DNA of 62,630 nucleotides, the filler included. It is 12 parts of 12 records of this genome, joined end to end, with 100 filler letters (N's around TTAATTAATTAA, not from the genome) between each part and the next. Parts side by side here need not be neighbours in the genome. Positions count along the whole stretch, not along the records: positions 35,633 to 45,543 come from SRR7504441_10009; positions 45,644 to 53,492 come from SRR7504441_10018; 10 more parts are not named here. The stretch is one strand, 5' to 3'. Each line of letters starts with the position of its first letter. Position 1 is the first letter of the stretch. Under the pieces are notes generated by a model. It was not told the DNA's origin. It was given only the letters and a program-made list of their open reading frames with translations, and made no database searches. Made by a program: the position numbers and the translations under genes. Of this stretch, positions 35,633-47,595 are shown piece by piece.

Positions 35633-35659
35633 AGGAGGAGGAGGAGGAGGAGGAGGAGG
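35633..35659. repeat. (GGA)n microsatellite at contig start
   Basis: About 9 AGG/GGA units. Confidence 0.9.
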
Positions 35660-35891
35660 CTGGCATCTGGTCCTCGGTGAACGGGATAACAAGTGATGTC
35701 ATTGTCTCAGCGGCGAGGTGCCGGAGGGAGGCTGCTCGACTCGCTCAGCCAGGCAAGGCCGACCCGCCCAGGTCGTCCCAGCGGCACACCCTTGGTCATC
35801 ATCAGCCGCAAAAGTGGCCAAGTTGGGAAGTCCAACTGACGATGCACCTTGCATCCAACGTGAGCGGACGTAGGCGCTGTGGCTCCCACAA

Positions 35892-36983
35892 ATGCGCGTC
35901 CTGCTGCCTGTCCTGGCCGCTGCTGTGGCTGCCGCTGCTGCCCCAGCTGCCCCAGCCGCCACGATGCGCGCGGTGACGGCCGCGGCCCCGGGCTGCGCAG
36001 CGCCAGGCTTTGAGTGCGTGAATCTCTCACAGCTGGCCGTGCCGTCCGCGGGGCCCGGCCAGGTGCTGATCAAGGTGGCTGGGAGCGGATGCAGCGTGAC
36101 CGACACGGTGGAGGCCGGCCCAGCCCCGTGGTTCCCGCTATCCCCGGGCCGGGCGCTGGGGTACACCGTTTCTGGAACTGTCCAGCGTGTCGGGCCCGGG
36201 GTCTCGCGGCTGGCAGTGGGCGACCGAGTCTGGACGATGCTCGGCGACGTCCGGATGGGCGCCTGGGCCGAGTTTGCGGTGGCAGATGCGGAGGGAGTCT
36301 CCAAGCTCGGGCCTGGGCTGCCGCTGGTGCCGGTGGGCGCGCTGGTCGACCCGGTGCTGGTGGACTGGTGGGGACTGGTGCTCAGCGGGGCCCCGTGGCC
36401 GGCCGCCCGGAACGCCACGGTGGTGATTGTGGCCGGGAGCGGCGGGACTGGGTTCGTAGCCGTCCAGCTGGCCAAGGCAATGGGCGCCAGGACTGTGATC
36501 ACCGCAGCGCATGGCGCCGAGACAATCAGCTGGCTCAAGGCACTGGGCGCCTCCGTGGTGGTCGATTATCACCAGAGCTCGGCTTTAGAGCAAGCCGCGG
36601 ACGACAGCGTCGACTTTGTTTTTGATAACCACTCGGTGAACGGGACTGCCGACCTGGCGATGCAGAAGCTCAGGGCAGGAGGTGCTTTCATGAGCATCAC
36701 TAGCAAGAAGCTGGCCGCCCATCCCAAGCCCGGAGTCCGGCAGCGGTACTTCGGTGCGCCTAGCGCCGTGGGAGTGTTGAGCCGGGGGGCAGCCTTGCCT
36801 GATTTCCTGGCCGGGAACGAGAGCCGGAAGAGGGAGGCTCTGGACGGGGCGGCCAAGCTGCTCGAGCGAGGCCGGCTCAAGCCGTACGTGCAGGCCAGCT
36901 ACTCGCTGGAGCAGGCGCGGGAGGCCTTGGCGGTGGTGGCAGCTGGGCATGTCCAGAGCAAGATAGCCATCTCGGTCGGCTAA
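35892..36983 (+). CDS. Zn-independent MDR / NADPH:quinone oxidoreductase-like protein with signal peptide
   Basis: GQVLIKV, GTVQRVGPGV...VGDRV, AGSGGTG, LGASVVVDY and SKIAI motifs, after a hydrophobic leader. Confidence 0.9.
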   Translation: MRVLLPVLAAAVAAAAAPAAPAATMRAVTAAAPGCAAPGFECVNLSQLAVPSAGPGQVLIKVAGSGCSVTDTVEAGPAPWFPLSPGRALGYTVSGTVQRVGPGVSRLAVGDRVWTMLGDVRMGAWAEFAVADAEGVSKLGPGLPLVPVGALVDPVLVDWWGLVLSGAPWPAARNATVVIVAGSGGTGFVAVQLAKAMGARTVITAAHGAETISWLKALGASVVVDYHQSSALEQAADDSVDFVFDNHSVNGTADLAMQKLRAGGAFMSITSKKLAAHPKPGVRQRYFGAPSAVGVLSRGAALPDFLAGNESRKREALDGAAKLLERGRLKPYVQASYSLEQAREALAVVAAGHVQSKIAISVG

Positions 36984-37141
36984 CGTCAGCACGTACGCAA
37001 CACTTGGTCTGTCAGCAAGTACCAGTCTTGCAATGAAACATAACATCAATCGATTCTACTTGTAAATGCGTATGGATGCCGAGCACTCAAAAAGTGGTTA
37101 TTCTTATCTAAATATATGAGTGGCTACTTATTCTGTCACGG

Positions 37142-38011
37142 TCAGAGCATATCGTCAGCCACTTGCGGGCTCCCACTCCCACTGGGCTCCGGCTCCGCCT
37201 GCACCACCGGCCCGTACCCCTCAGCCTCCCCGGCGCTGAGCACCGCCGAGTAGGCTGTGACCACCACCGCCCCCACCACGTGCCAGCCGAAGATCCACGC
37301 GAGCACCTCCACAGTCGGATGATCGTACACACTCGCCCCAGTGACCACCGCCTGCTGCTTGCCGGTAGGCGCCGGTGTGACACTGAACACCCAGTAGGTG
37401 AGCCCCTCCTGCGCGGCGAAGAACAGCCAGCCGACCAGGATGTATGCCACCGCCGCCTCGTAGAACCGATTGAGCACCCGAGCGAGCGACCCGACCACCG
37501 CCCAGACCGCGAGCATCGTGTGCATCTGGCGCGAAAGCGGACTCTTCTGGCCGTGCAGGTAGGCAAACAGCCCCCAGGAGACCCCGATGATCATGTGCGG
37601 CGCCCGCTGCTTGCTCTCCGGGTGCCGGGCCGCCAGCCGGAGCATCAGACCCACCACGATCATCAGGCTGGCGAACGCCAGGTGTCCGCCCCAGTTGAGC
37701 ACAGTGTCCCGCCGGTGCTGTGTCATCAGCTCGCCCACAATGTACCCGGCTGACCCGAGCACGCACACCCGGCTCTCGGCCCGGAGCACCAGGCTGGCCG
37801 GTGTGTGCTGCGCGGTGAGGTAGTAGACGCCGCACACCACGAAAGCCAGCCCGATCAAGGTGTGCCCGAACATCTGGCTGCCGGCATCCGACTCGCGGTC
37901 GCACCGGGGCAGGTCGATCGCGTAGCCGAACCCGAGCACGAACCCCAGCTGGGCCAGCCCCAACACGACGTGCCCCACACGCTGTGGCCGGCACGCCTCC
38001 CTCACGAGCAT
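37142..38011 (-). CDS. His-rich multi-pass membrane protein (TMEM45/YTP1-like)
   Basis: About 8 TM segments, with FGHTLIG, GHLAF and HGQ...QMHTML histidine pattern. Confidence 0.65.
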   Translation of the reverse strand: MLVREACRPQRVGHVVLGLAQLGFVLGFGYAIDLPRCDRESDAGSQMFGHTLIGLAFVVCGVYYLTAQHTPASLVLRAESRVCVLGSAGYIVGELMTQHRRDTVLNWGGHLAFASLMIVVGLMLRLAARHPESKQRAPHMIIGVSWGLFAYLHGQKSPLSRQMHTMLAVWAVVGSLARVLNRFYEAAVAYILVGWLFFAAQEGLTYWVFSVTPAPTGKQQAVVTGASVYDHPTVEVLAWIFGWHVVGAVVVTAYSAVLSAGEAEGYGPVVQAEPEPSGSGSPQVADDML

Positions 38012-38250
38012 CGCGCGGGCCGAGCACCTTCTGTCTGTCTTGGAATTCCGGAAGCATCAAACTCCCGACGGGCTTCAGCCTGAGGCTCGGATGACCATGC
38101 GCACTCTCTCGCTCAATCTACTCATGTCTAGATACTAACATGATGAATCTAATAGTCACATGTATAGTACTGTACGCCAGTCTTGACCCTAGGCAATAGG
38201 CATTAGTATCGGACTGTATTGGTCTAGCACCGAGCGAGCAAGTTATCACG

Positions 38251-40393
38251 TTAGCCGAGGTCTAGGTTCTCTAGCTCTATCGCGACCATTTGCTGCGAGC
38301 TTATGGTTAGCGCGGGGTGCCCGGCAGGCGGCGCGACAGTGCAATCCACCACGGTCAGCCTGCGCCGATTGGCCTGGCGCAGCTCGGCTATGGCATCTGG
38401 GCTGATCCTTGTACAGTGTGATAAGTCCACCCACTCCAGGCTCTCGCAGCCCTCCAGGCAACTCAGGCAGCGGCTGGTCAGCTGCCCCCAGAATATGAGC
38501 CCGGCCCGGCCCAAGCGGCGGCACATTCCCGCACTTGGCCAGTCCAAGCCTTGTGAGCCTGAGCCGGGCGGCCAGTTGTTCAACGAGCTGGTCGTCCACG
38601 GCAGCCAGCCCCGACAGGTGCAGCTGGCTGAGCCCGGCCAGTGCCAACAGCCAGCCCAACTCCAGCCTAAAACACCCGTCCAGCCGCAGCCGCTCCAGCC
38701 CAGGCAGCCAGCCCTGCCGCCGGTCAGCCCTCGCCGGCCGGCCGCCCACCACGAGCAGCTCGCATCCGTCCGCTGGCAGCTGGGTGCATCGGCTCAGATC
38801 AAGTGCCCGCACGCTCGACTCCACGCGCCCTGGCTCGCCCGCACTCAGGCCCGGGCAGCCGCTCAGCGCCAGCTGGTCCACTTGGCCCAGAGCGACCAGC
38901 AGCTGGGGGAGCGCCGCGCGCAGCCGCCGGCAGCGGGATAGCGCGAGCTGTGTGAGGCCTGGCAGCCCGGCCAGCGCAGGCAGGCAGCGCTCGGTGAGCT
39001 GCGAGCCTCCGGACACGTCCAGCGCAGTCAGCCCCGGCGGGAGCAGCTCGGCCAGCCGGCTGTCGTCCAGACAGCCGCAGTCGGCCACTGAGAGGGTCCG
39101 GAGCCCGGCCAGTCTGGCCAGCCCAGCCAGCCCCGGCCCGGCCAGCCTCGAGCATCCATCTATCCTAAGCACGATCAGTGAATCGGCCCGGGCAGCGAGC
39201 CTCGCGAGCCCAGTGTCGTCGAGCAGCGACTGGGACAAGTCGAGCAGCTTGAGCCCGGGCAGGCAGCGCAGCTGGGACACCTCCGTCCCGCTGACCGGGC
39301 AGCCGGATAGCTCGAGCCTCTCGAGCCAGCTAGTGCTTATGGCCAAGGGAAGCGCAGACCAGTCAAACTGCTGGACGCGCGAGGCGTCGAGCCACTGCAG
39401 CTGGGGCAGCTGAGCCACCCAGTACGATATGGGCGCCCCTAGCCACTTCTGGACCGAACAAGTGATGAGCGTGAACCAGAGCGTACACACGAGCAGCATG
39501 GTGGACCGCTGGACCTCGCCAGGGGTCGGCTGGCCCCGGATGTTCCAGACGGCCATCGAGCCGCGGGTGTCCAGCAGCTGGGCTATCCGGAGCAGGCAGT
39601 CGCGCGGCAGCATGTTGAGCGGCATCCGGCCGCACGCCACCTGCCCACCATCCCAACGCCAATGGCCACCGGCACCGCGCGCTTGGCAGCCAGTGTGATC
39701 GAAGCATTGAGCGAGCGGTCCGAGTGGGCCTCGTCGGCCGGCCAGCTGGCGCACGCGAACCGGGCTTGGGACAGATCGTTGTGCTCCCTGCCCCGGCTGG
39801 CCTGGTGCCCCACTAGCGCCAGCTGCCTGATCACGAGGCTCTTGCTGCTCAGACTGAGCAGCCCCATCCCAGCCCTCCCAACCGTCGGGTGCTCGGGCGG
39901 CGCCCCGCCCATCTCGGCAAGCGAGCTCTCGGCCGCCGCGGCCAGCGACTCGGTCCGGTGTATTGAGGAGAGTCGCTGTCCCATCCGCGACTCCACCAGC
40001 CACAACCTGCCCGCCGAGTGACCCCCGGCCGGACGGGGGGGCTGCCGCGGCTTGGCGTGGACCCGCTCGTCGTCCACCTGCTGGAACGGCCGGAAGTTGG
40101 ACCTCCAACTGCCCAAAGCTGGCCGCGGCCCGGGGGTGGTCGCACCTCATGTGCTCGTGCCGCCGGCCGTCCGGGAGCGCCTCCTTGAATTTGGTGAAGA
40201 GCCGCCAGTCGTACTCGCCGTACCAGACCTGCTCTCTCGACTGGGGAAGCGGCTGGCGCTTGGCGAGGTGGTGCCGGAGCTGGAGAAACCGATTGTACAT
40301 CCCGGCGCCCGAGATGATCTGGTGCTGGCCCATCTGGACGAACGAAGTGCACTGTACGTCCGCGTCGATGTAGGGCGTGAGCAGGATCGGCAT
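38251..40393 (-). CDS. F-box/LRR-repeat protein with unknown N-terminal extension
   Basis: LNMLPRDCLLRIAQLLD...LVCTLW F-box followed by many LxxLxLSxC repeats. Several short introns. The N-terminal part could be a separate gene. Confidence 0.78.
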
Positions 40394-40867
40394 CGCCGCC
40401 CGAGCAGCCAACCGGCGCGGTGTGCTTACGCTTCGCCCAGCGTCTCCTTCTGGGACATTCGGTAAGCCAACACAAGATTTGCCGTTACCGCTAGAGGTTA
40501 ACGCACACCAGCTGGCAGCTGCAGAGACGTTTGACAACATTTGACAACATGGTCGCCGGGACCTGCGCATTTGTAAGCCGTGAGCGCGATGGCCACACCT
40601 GGGGACAATCCCCCTTTGCCCGCCCAGCGAGTCGCCCCCTTTTCTAGCAAGCCCATACCCGCACCTGTTGCGCAGTTACGCCGCGAGAGGCTCGAGAGGC
40701 TGAGGCGCTCCCATCCTCTCCAACGGCGGCAGTGCCTAGTCCGCTGCTTCGGAGGATGATTCTTGTGGATGATATGCCACTGCGTCCGCTGCATATTCCG
40801 AGCAAGTGCACGAAGCACGGAAGCACCGAATTGGAATCACAACAAAATAGAAACAAATTAATTTATA

Positions 40868-41481
40868 TTAGGTGCTGCGTAAACTGGGTGAGCCGGCTGC
40901 CGCAGCCGCGTGCAGCAGCACCACCACCTTCTGATGCCCGCAATAACTCGCATATTGCATTGGGCTGAAACTATCCTGACCCCCGGCTCGGCCCAGCTTC
41001 AGCCGGCCGCGCACCGCGTCCTTGGCCTGCGGGTCGGCCTTGCGTTCAAGCAGCAGCTCGACCACCGCGCAGTGCCCGCCCGCCGCCGCGCCGTGCAGCG
41101 CAGTCCCGCACCTCTGCCCGCCGCTGGCCGTGCAGCGCCCCTCGCCCGCACCGGGTCTCTCTCGTCCACCGGCGCCCGGCTCTCTAGCAGCATCCGGACC
41201 ACGCGGCAGCTCCCCCGACGCGCCGCACGGTGCAGCAGCGGGCTCCCCCCCGGCCCGCCAGCCCAGAGCGCCAGCGCCGCCGCTTGCGGATCGTCGGCCT
41301 CGATGGCCTGCTCTAGCCGGATCCGGTTGGCCGCCAGCCGCCAGATCCGCTCGAGCAGTTCCGGCCGGAGCCGGTGCACCGGAGAGCTCTCGTCTAGACA
41401 GCCCCGCTGCCCCCGGCTCACTCCCCCCGCCCGGCCCCCAACCAGGAAGCTCCGGAGCGACGGAGCAGCCTCCCATAACAT
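40868..41481 (-). CDS. Small ankyrin-repeat protein
   Basis: LLHRAARRG, TALHGAAAGGHCAVVELLLE and SPMQYASYCGH. Three short introns. Confidence 0.85.
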
Positions 41482-41507
41482 TCCGTTATAAATCAAGGCC
41501 CCCCTGG

Positions 41508-42444
41508 ATGCACGGGCGGGCCTCCGACCCGGGCCGTCGGCCGTCGGTACCGGGCCGGGCGGCGAGTCCGATGGCCGGTCGGATCGAGATGCTCGAGAGC
41601 GCCTTGCAGCGGGTGCAGGGCGAGGCCTTGGCCCAGCTGCGCAGGAGCGCGGCCGACGAGGAGCGACACAGCGCCCAGACCGGGCTGCTCGAGCAAGCGG
41701 TGGAGCAGCTGACCGGCGAGCGGGACCAAGCTCGGCAGCAGCTGGCGGAGGTCACAAAGCAGCTCGCCCGATGCAAGACCGCCCTCCGCGGTGCGCCGAC
41801 CACTGGGCGGCCGGCACCGGGGGGCAGAGACCACCGCCGAGCTCACCCAGACCCAAATGGAGCTGATGGGCAAAGAGGAAAGGCTGAAAAAGGCGCCCGG
41901 CCGCACAACCAGCCCGAGCCCCGCCAGGTGGCCATGCTCGAGTGCGACCTGATCACCGGCGAGCTCCACAACCCGCCGGCCCTCCCAGAAGGCCCGAGCC
42001 CGCGCCGGACCGCCCCAGGCGACTCGTGCGGCACCCCCAGCGCGGCCGTGGGCAAACGGATGCCGGCCGGGCTGCTGTCGGTGCTTGTGGAGTACTTTGA
42101 GCGCTGTGAGCACTCGGTCTGGCCCGGGCTGAGCCGGTTGTGCAGACTCGACCAACCTGCAGAGCACTGGCTACATTGAGTCCGGCCAGCTCCACCAGCT
42201 GGTGCTCGGGATATGCTTCGAGCTGCAGGTGTCGGCGCTGCCTGAAGACATCCGAGCCCGAGTTGAGGCCAACCCAAGCAGAGAGCACCTCACTTTCAGG
42301 GTGTTTTGTGACTGGGCATTCGATGCATTCCCCGAGTTGTGCAACTTTCGCGCCTTCACCAGCGAACTCAAAGCAGTCCGGTTCGGGACTGAGGCGTCGC
42401 TAGAGGTTTGCAATTCGTTAGGCGGGAAGACACCAACTTTATGA
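41508..42444 (+). CDS. Hypothetical coiled-coil protein
   Basis: N-terminal heptads (IEMLESALQRVQ...) and a spliced C-terminal segment ending at 42444. The start may be the ATG at 41570. Confidence 0.6.
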
Positions 42445-42747
42445 CTTACGCTCCGGCAATAGTAATGATTATACGGCTGTAAAAGTAAATAATGACATTT
42501 TTTTGGCAAGCGAAAGACACCGTTTATTCGAGTAAACTTAGCACAGTGACTAACCTAGGAGGATGAGATGCAATCCCTCCAATCCAAGGAAAAACGACAC
42601 TAAACAACTACCGGTATAGAGAGAGGCCAGCGACGGCATGTCGTCCTTCTTCAGGAGAAGAAGCACCAGAAATAACGAACTTTAGAACGAACTGACAGAC
42701 ATGTCCGCATGCGAGCATTAGAGTGCCGGTGCGGGTGAAGCCGGCGA

Positions 42748-45543
42748 ATGGGCGGGTTCTGCGCGACAGTGTACCCGGGGTATCGGTGCCCACCCCGGGC
42801 CGGGTTTGCTGGCCAGTGCGTGGCCGCATCCCGGGCGGCGGCGGCCTACCTGGTGAGCGTGGCTATCTTCCGGCTGTACGGCCAGGCATACGATTTCTTC
42901 CCAGTGGGGGGATTCCTCGGGATCGGCGTGGCAGTGGTGGTGGCCGGCACCGCCACCAACGTCGGCCAGGCGGCCGGGATGGTGGGCGAGCTGACAGCCC
43001 AGCTGGCCGTGGCCACCACGCTGGCCTCCCTACTCTGCTACGGGTTCAGCCGGGCCAGTGAGCTAGTGTACAAACTAGCCAACCCGCTGGTGGCGGGGGG
43101 GCTCGCCTTCGGGTTTAAACAACTCTGGGGCGGGGGGCTGCCGTACATGGTCCTCTTTATTGATTGGGTCGGGCCAATAAACCAGCCGGACGGGATGAGA
43201 GACGACTGGTGCGTCCAGCTGGGGCCGGGCTCAGGGGGGGCAGGGACCCGATGCGGACCTGGGCGGCTGTGAGCATTGGGTTTGTGGTCGGGCTGCTGTG
43301 CCAGGCCTTCCCTCTGCCGTTCGGCTGCCACCGGACCGACACGCTGTGCCCAATGCCCGCGAGTGCAGCACTCTGCTGTGGGCCGTTGGTGGAACGGGCC
43401 CGCTCGCTCACGGCCTCGCTGGTGGCCAGTCTGGCCCAGTGCAGCCTGGCCTCTGCAGATGCGCTCGATACGATGCCGGCCGAGATGACCCAGGCGCAGC
43501 TGGGCGAGGCTGTGCGTAAGCTAGAAGCTCTGATGCCGACAGCCGAGCTGGAGCTCAGGCTGTGTTGCTGCTCCAAGCAGGCGGACCAGCTTCGGGCATG
43601 GGTGAAGCTGCTCCAAGACCAGCGCCATCCGCTCCGGCTGATGAAGCTGGCCGTCGTTACTGGCCCAGCTCTCAGTGAAAACGTCCAAATCTCGAGTTTA
43701 GTCACAGAGAGTGTGCAGCTTCTTACGACGTTGATTTGTGAGATTGCTAATCCAGCCAGTCCGGTCCCGGCAGATGCGGCGATCCAGCTAACAGAGGGTG
43801 CCGCGCGGCTCTCGTCGGCATTCCAGGCAACTCAGGACTTTGTTGCGGGACTGGAAGAGGCGCCGGAAGGAGCCGAGATGCTCCGACGCTCTACCTTTGT
43901 TGCATCTCTTCTCAAGCTCGCCCAACGGATGACTGAGCACTTTAGGGAAGACAGCGACTCCACGGGAGCCCCTGCTGTGGCACAACAACCTGCCGCTCTA
44001 GAGAGAGTGGCTGCTCTGCTCAAGTTCCAGCCAGGAGCGTTATCGGACTTGAGCCTGGTGCGGAGCTCAGCGAAATTTGCTCTCACAGTAGTGATTGCCT
44101 CTCTGTGGATCTCAGTCGATGCGCTCTGGGATCGCTCTGGTGGTCACGGGAGCTGGGTTGGTATAACTTGTATCGTGGTAAACTTGACGAACACAAGCAC
44201 AAGTTTCGACAAGGCGATCCAAAGACTGGCAGCCACTTTGTTGTCTTGTACGCTTGGGGTGTTACTTTCGAATATCACACACGAAGACTCCCTTACACCC
44301 GGAGAGCTGCCGGATACCAACAAGTGGTACGTCATCTTCGTACTCGTGGTCTGGGTGTTCTTGTGCTACCTGTTGAGGCAGACAACAGCCCACGTGTATG
44401 CTGCACAGTGCTCAGCAACCACTGCTATATTGCTCGTGTATGAAGGCACTGCCTATGGCGAGACAAGTGAGTATGTGGTCTACAGGATTGCTATGGTCAT
44501 GTATGGAGTAGTCATATTCGCCTGTAAGTTCTCTCTCGTCGTATGTGTGCTTTTGTTGATTCTCTGTGTGCAGTTGTTGAGCTAGTCATTCTCCCTGAAA
44601 GCCCACGCACCTTGTTTGAGAGCGAGGTGCCTGTGCACGCTGCCTTGCATTCATTAATGCTTCGTGTGCTTGTAGGTGTGTCTCTTTATTCCACACTTGA
44701 GCCAGGTCATCAGTTCTACTGCGCAGGCTATCGGGCCAGCTGCAGACAAGTCTCTCGTCGCGCAGTTGCGAGAGCATGTCAAAGCTTGCGCTGCCTCATC
44801 ACAGCGAGCAAGCGCACTTTTGTCTGCCGCTTGTGGGGAACCAAACTTTGGGCTTCGAGTTGAGTTCCCTGCAAAGGAATATGCGGCGATAGTGTCCAGT
44901 CAGGCAAACTGTGCCGAGATTCTGACACTCATGGCGGAGTCGATCGCCGAGGTTTCAACTTTTGAGTGCCCCGTTGTAGAAGGAGAGGCGCAGCATCAGT
45001 TTCATACGCACAGTATCCGCACGTTCCTGCAAATATTGTTAAAAAGGTGTGCGGATCACCTCTCCGTCTGTGTGGACAAATTCGACCAACTTCTCATAAA
45101 CGATCTGATCCCTGACGTTCCATATCAGCCATCGTCGGAGGCACCAACTTCAGAGAGTGTGTTTGAGCTGTTGGCGCCGTTCCGGGAGTGTGCAAAGTTA
45201 CAGTCGAAGATCCACGAGCAGTGGTTGCAGTATTGGACGAGAGATTGGGTCCAACGCTCGCAAGGTGTCGACCAGAAAATCATGCTTGCCACTGCTACCT
45301 CGGTGTTCTTGCTGCGGCGGCTGTTTGTGCACTTGGACAACATTGGTTCAGTACTCCAACAACTGGCGGCTAAAACTCAGATCTTTCAACAGTCAATTGC
45401 GCTCGATCGCATGCATGCGGTGAGAGATATGGATGAAGCGGGCTCTGAGCGCCATGACATGATCCATGACAATGCTCTTGCTCTAGCTGCGAGGCGCGAA
45501 GCGCCGAGTCCGTCGACGAGGCGCGGTAGCGCCGAGCCCACCT
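42748..45543 (+). CDS. ALMT/FUSC (aromatic acid exporter)-family membrane protein, 3' partial
   Basis: Two TM clusters. AKFALTV...SWVGITCIVV...SFDKAIQRLAAT...YRIAMVMYG matches the family pattern. Short introns near 43220-43270, 44524-44572 and 44627-44675. Confidence 0.78.
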
Positions 45544-45784
45544 NNNNNNNNNNNNNNNNNNNNNNNNNNNNNNNNNNNNNNNNNNNNTTAATTAATTAAN
45601 NNNNNNNNNNNNNNNNNNNNNNNNNNNNNNNNNNNNNNNNNNNAGATCGAGCCTGTCAGCTGGACCAGCAGCGGCAGCCCCGCCCAGTGCCGCTGGTCGT
45701 ACAGGATCATCTCAGCTTGTCTGCCGGCATGGGCCCGTTTTGGGACGTGTGGGGCGTTGCGTCCGTTGAAGTCCGTTGATAGCC

Positions 45785-45847
45785 GCTTCCGAGCACTTGC
45801 CGAGCACTTGCCGAGCTTCACGCTTCCGAGCACTTGCCTTCACGCTT
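45785..45847. repeat. Short tandem repeat cluster (CCGAGCACTTG units)
   Basis: 11-bp unit in tandem plus a further copy, just upstream of the ATG at 45858. Confidence 0.85.
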
Positions 45848-45857
45848 GACCGTCGCG

Positions 45858-46768
45858 ATGGGGTGTCACGGCTCGGACGACACTTGCCGGCGGACGGTCA
45901 AGCAGGGCTGCATCGAGGCGATGGACGAGGTGGCCGAGTTCTACGACGACGACTACCGGCCGCTCCCGCGCGGGTATGGCTCGCCCCTGGCCGAGTCCCC
46001 GCCCCGGCCCGAGGAGAGCGACGCCTGCCTGGCCAACAGCCTGTACTTCGAGGGGGACCCGTTCGAGTGCACCGTGCTGGTCGGGCCGGACGCCCGGCCG
46101 GTGGTCTGCAAGGCGGCCAGTGGCCCGCTGCGCAAGTTATTCCCGCACGAGCCCACCGTCCGGCTCAAGGCCCGGCTGTACGAAAAGCAGCCGCTGCTCC
46201 CGGAGCAGGAGCTGCCTCCGCCGTGCGCCAGCGAGCTGCTGCTTGACGGCCAGCCGCTTGAGGATAAGCGGACCTTCGGCGAGTACAAGGTGGACAGCCA
46301 GTCGCGGCTGGAGCTGCGGTTCGGGCCGGGGATCGAGATAAAGCTCCAGATCCCGGCGGGCTACCCAGGGGAGGGCGAGCACCAGGTGCCGGTCTGGACC
46401 GAGGAGAAGCCGGAGGCTGTAATGGCCCGGCTGCTCAACAGGCTGGCAGACGCAGGCGAGGGCGTCACCAATGATTGCTACCAGCGGATGCTCTGCGCCC
46501 CCTGGCAGCAGCGGCCGGCCGGGGCCCAAGCAGCCACTGAGCTGGACATGGGCTTGGACCTGGGCCAAAATCAAGTGTCGGCAGGCGCCACGGTAGCACG
46601 AGCCTCTTGCAGCTGGCTGAGGCTCGGCAGGTGTTTGTGCCGACCCAGCCCGAGCCAAGCAACAGCACCGCCCCAGCGCCGGAGCAGCCGGGCCCCGAGA
46701 GCGCTGCGCCGGCCCAGCCAGACTCGAGCAAACCCGACTCGCGCCAAAACGAAGCATTCGTGCTCTAG
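45858..46768 (+). CDS. Ubiquitin-like domain protein with MGCxxS acylation motif
   Basis: Starts MGCHGS. TVRLKARL...LLLDGQPLEDKRTFGEYKVDSQSRLEL is UBL-like. Intron 46593-46630. Confidence 0.72.
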
Positions 46769-47301
46769 GCCAAAGGGCGAATGTGCCACTGCTAGATTCC
46801 TAGGCTGCATACGCCACTCAACACAAGCTGCCGACCGACCCGGCAAGCGTTGTGTAGATCAACTAATTGCATTTTAGTATGCTAATTCGCACCGAACCGA
46901 CTCAATGAGTTTAACTGAAGCTTTTATTAGTAACATTAAAAGCAACTTGATGCATACTATGAAGTAATTGGCACAAGATTGTTGAACAGTCCATGCATGC
47001 AAATTAATCGAGAGCAGTAAGTACCTAGGCACTCACAACGTTAATCCATGGGAATATCAAATATGCATTGAATTGACGCATTTTATACACGACTACTCGT
47101 ACATGACATTAATATTGTACGTGTCTCTTTGGATTCCGGGATTGGATAATGCAGGCCGGTACAATCGTATGAATTGTCCAGTACGGTGGTGGAGGCGACG
47201 AGCGTAAACCCATCGCGTTGCTGAGCCACTCAGGCCTGCTGGTTGGCCGCAAGTGCTCGAGACTCTCTAGCGGCTGGCTCGGGTTGGCAGCGGCTGAGTG
47301 C

Positions 47302-47577
47302 TCAGCCCGGGGCGGCGGCCGGCTGCTTCTTGTCCCCCGTCCGCCGGGCCTTGCGCCAAGAGCGGCTGATGTACCGGAGCAGCCCGAAGCAGAGCAGGGC
47401 CACCCAGCGCTGGTCGACCAGGTCGAGCCAGGAGAGCAGCCCGAAGAGCAGCCCCACCCCCAGCATCTTGAGCCCGTTGTCGATCCAGCTCAGGTCCGTC
47501 CGCTTCTTCTTGGGCTTGCCTTCCCCCGCCCCGCCCGCCTTCACAAGCCCTGCAGGGGGCTTCGGCCGGCTCGGCAT
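47302..47577 (-). CDS. Small membrane protein (91 aa)
   Basis: Basic N-terminus, two hydrophobic segments and a basic tail. AT-rich spacer downstream. Confidence 0.55.
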   Translation of the reverse strand: MPSRPKPPAGLVKAGGAGEGKPKKKRTDLSWIDNGLKMLGVGLLFGLLSWLDLVDQRWVALLCFGLLRYISRSWRKARRTGDKKQPAAAPG

Positions 47578-47595
47578 CTTGGACGGTCTGACACG

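Noticed and set aside
38246-40570. The 774-aa ORF as the true protein
   Set aside because: It reads through introns and out-of-frame exons; the spliced F-box/LRR model fits better.
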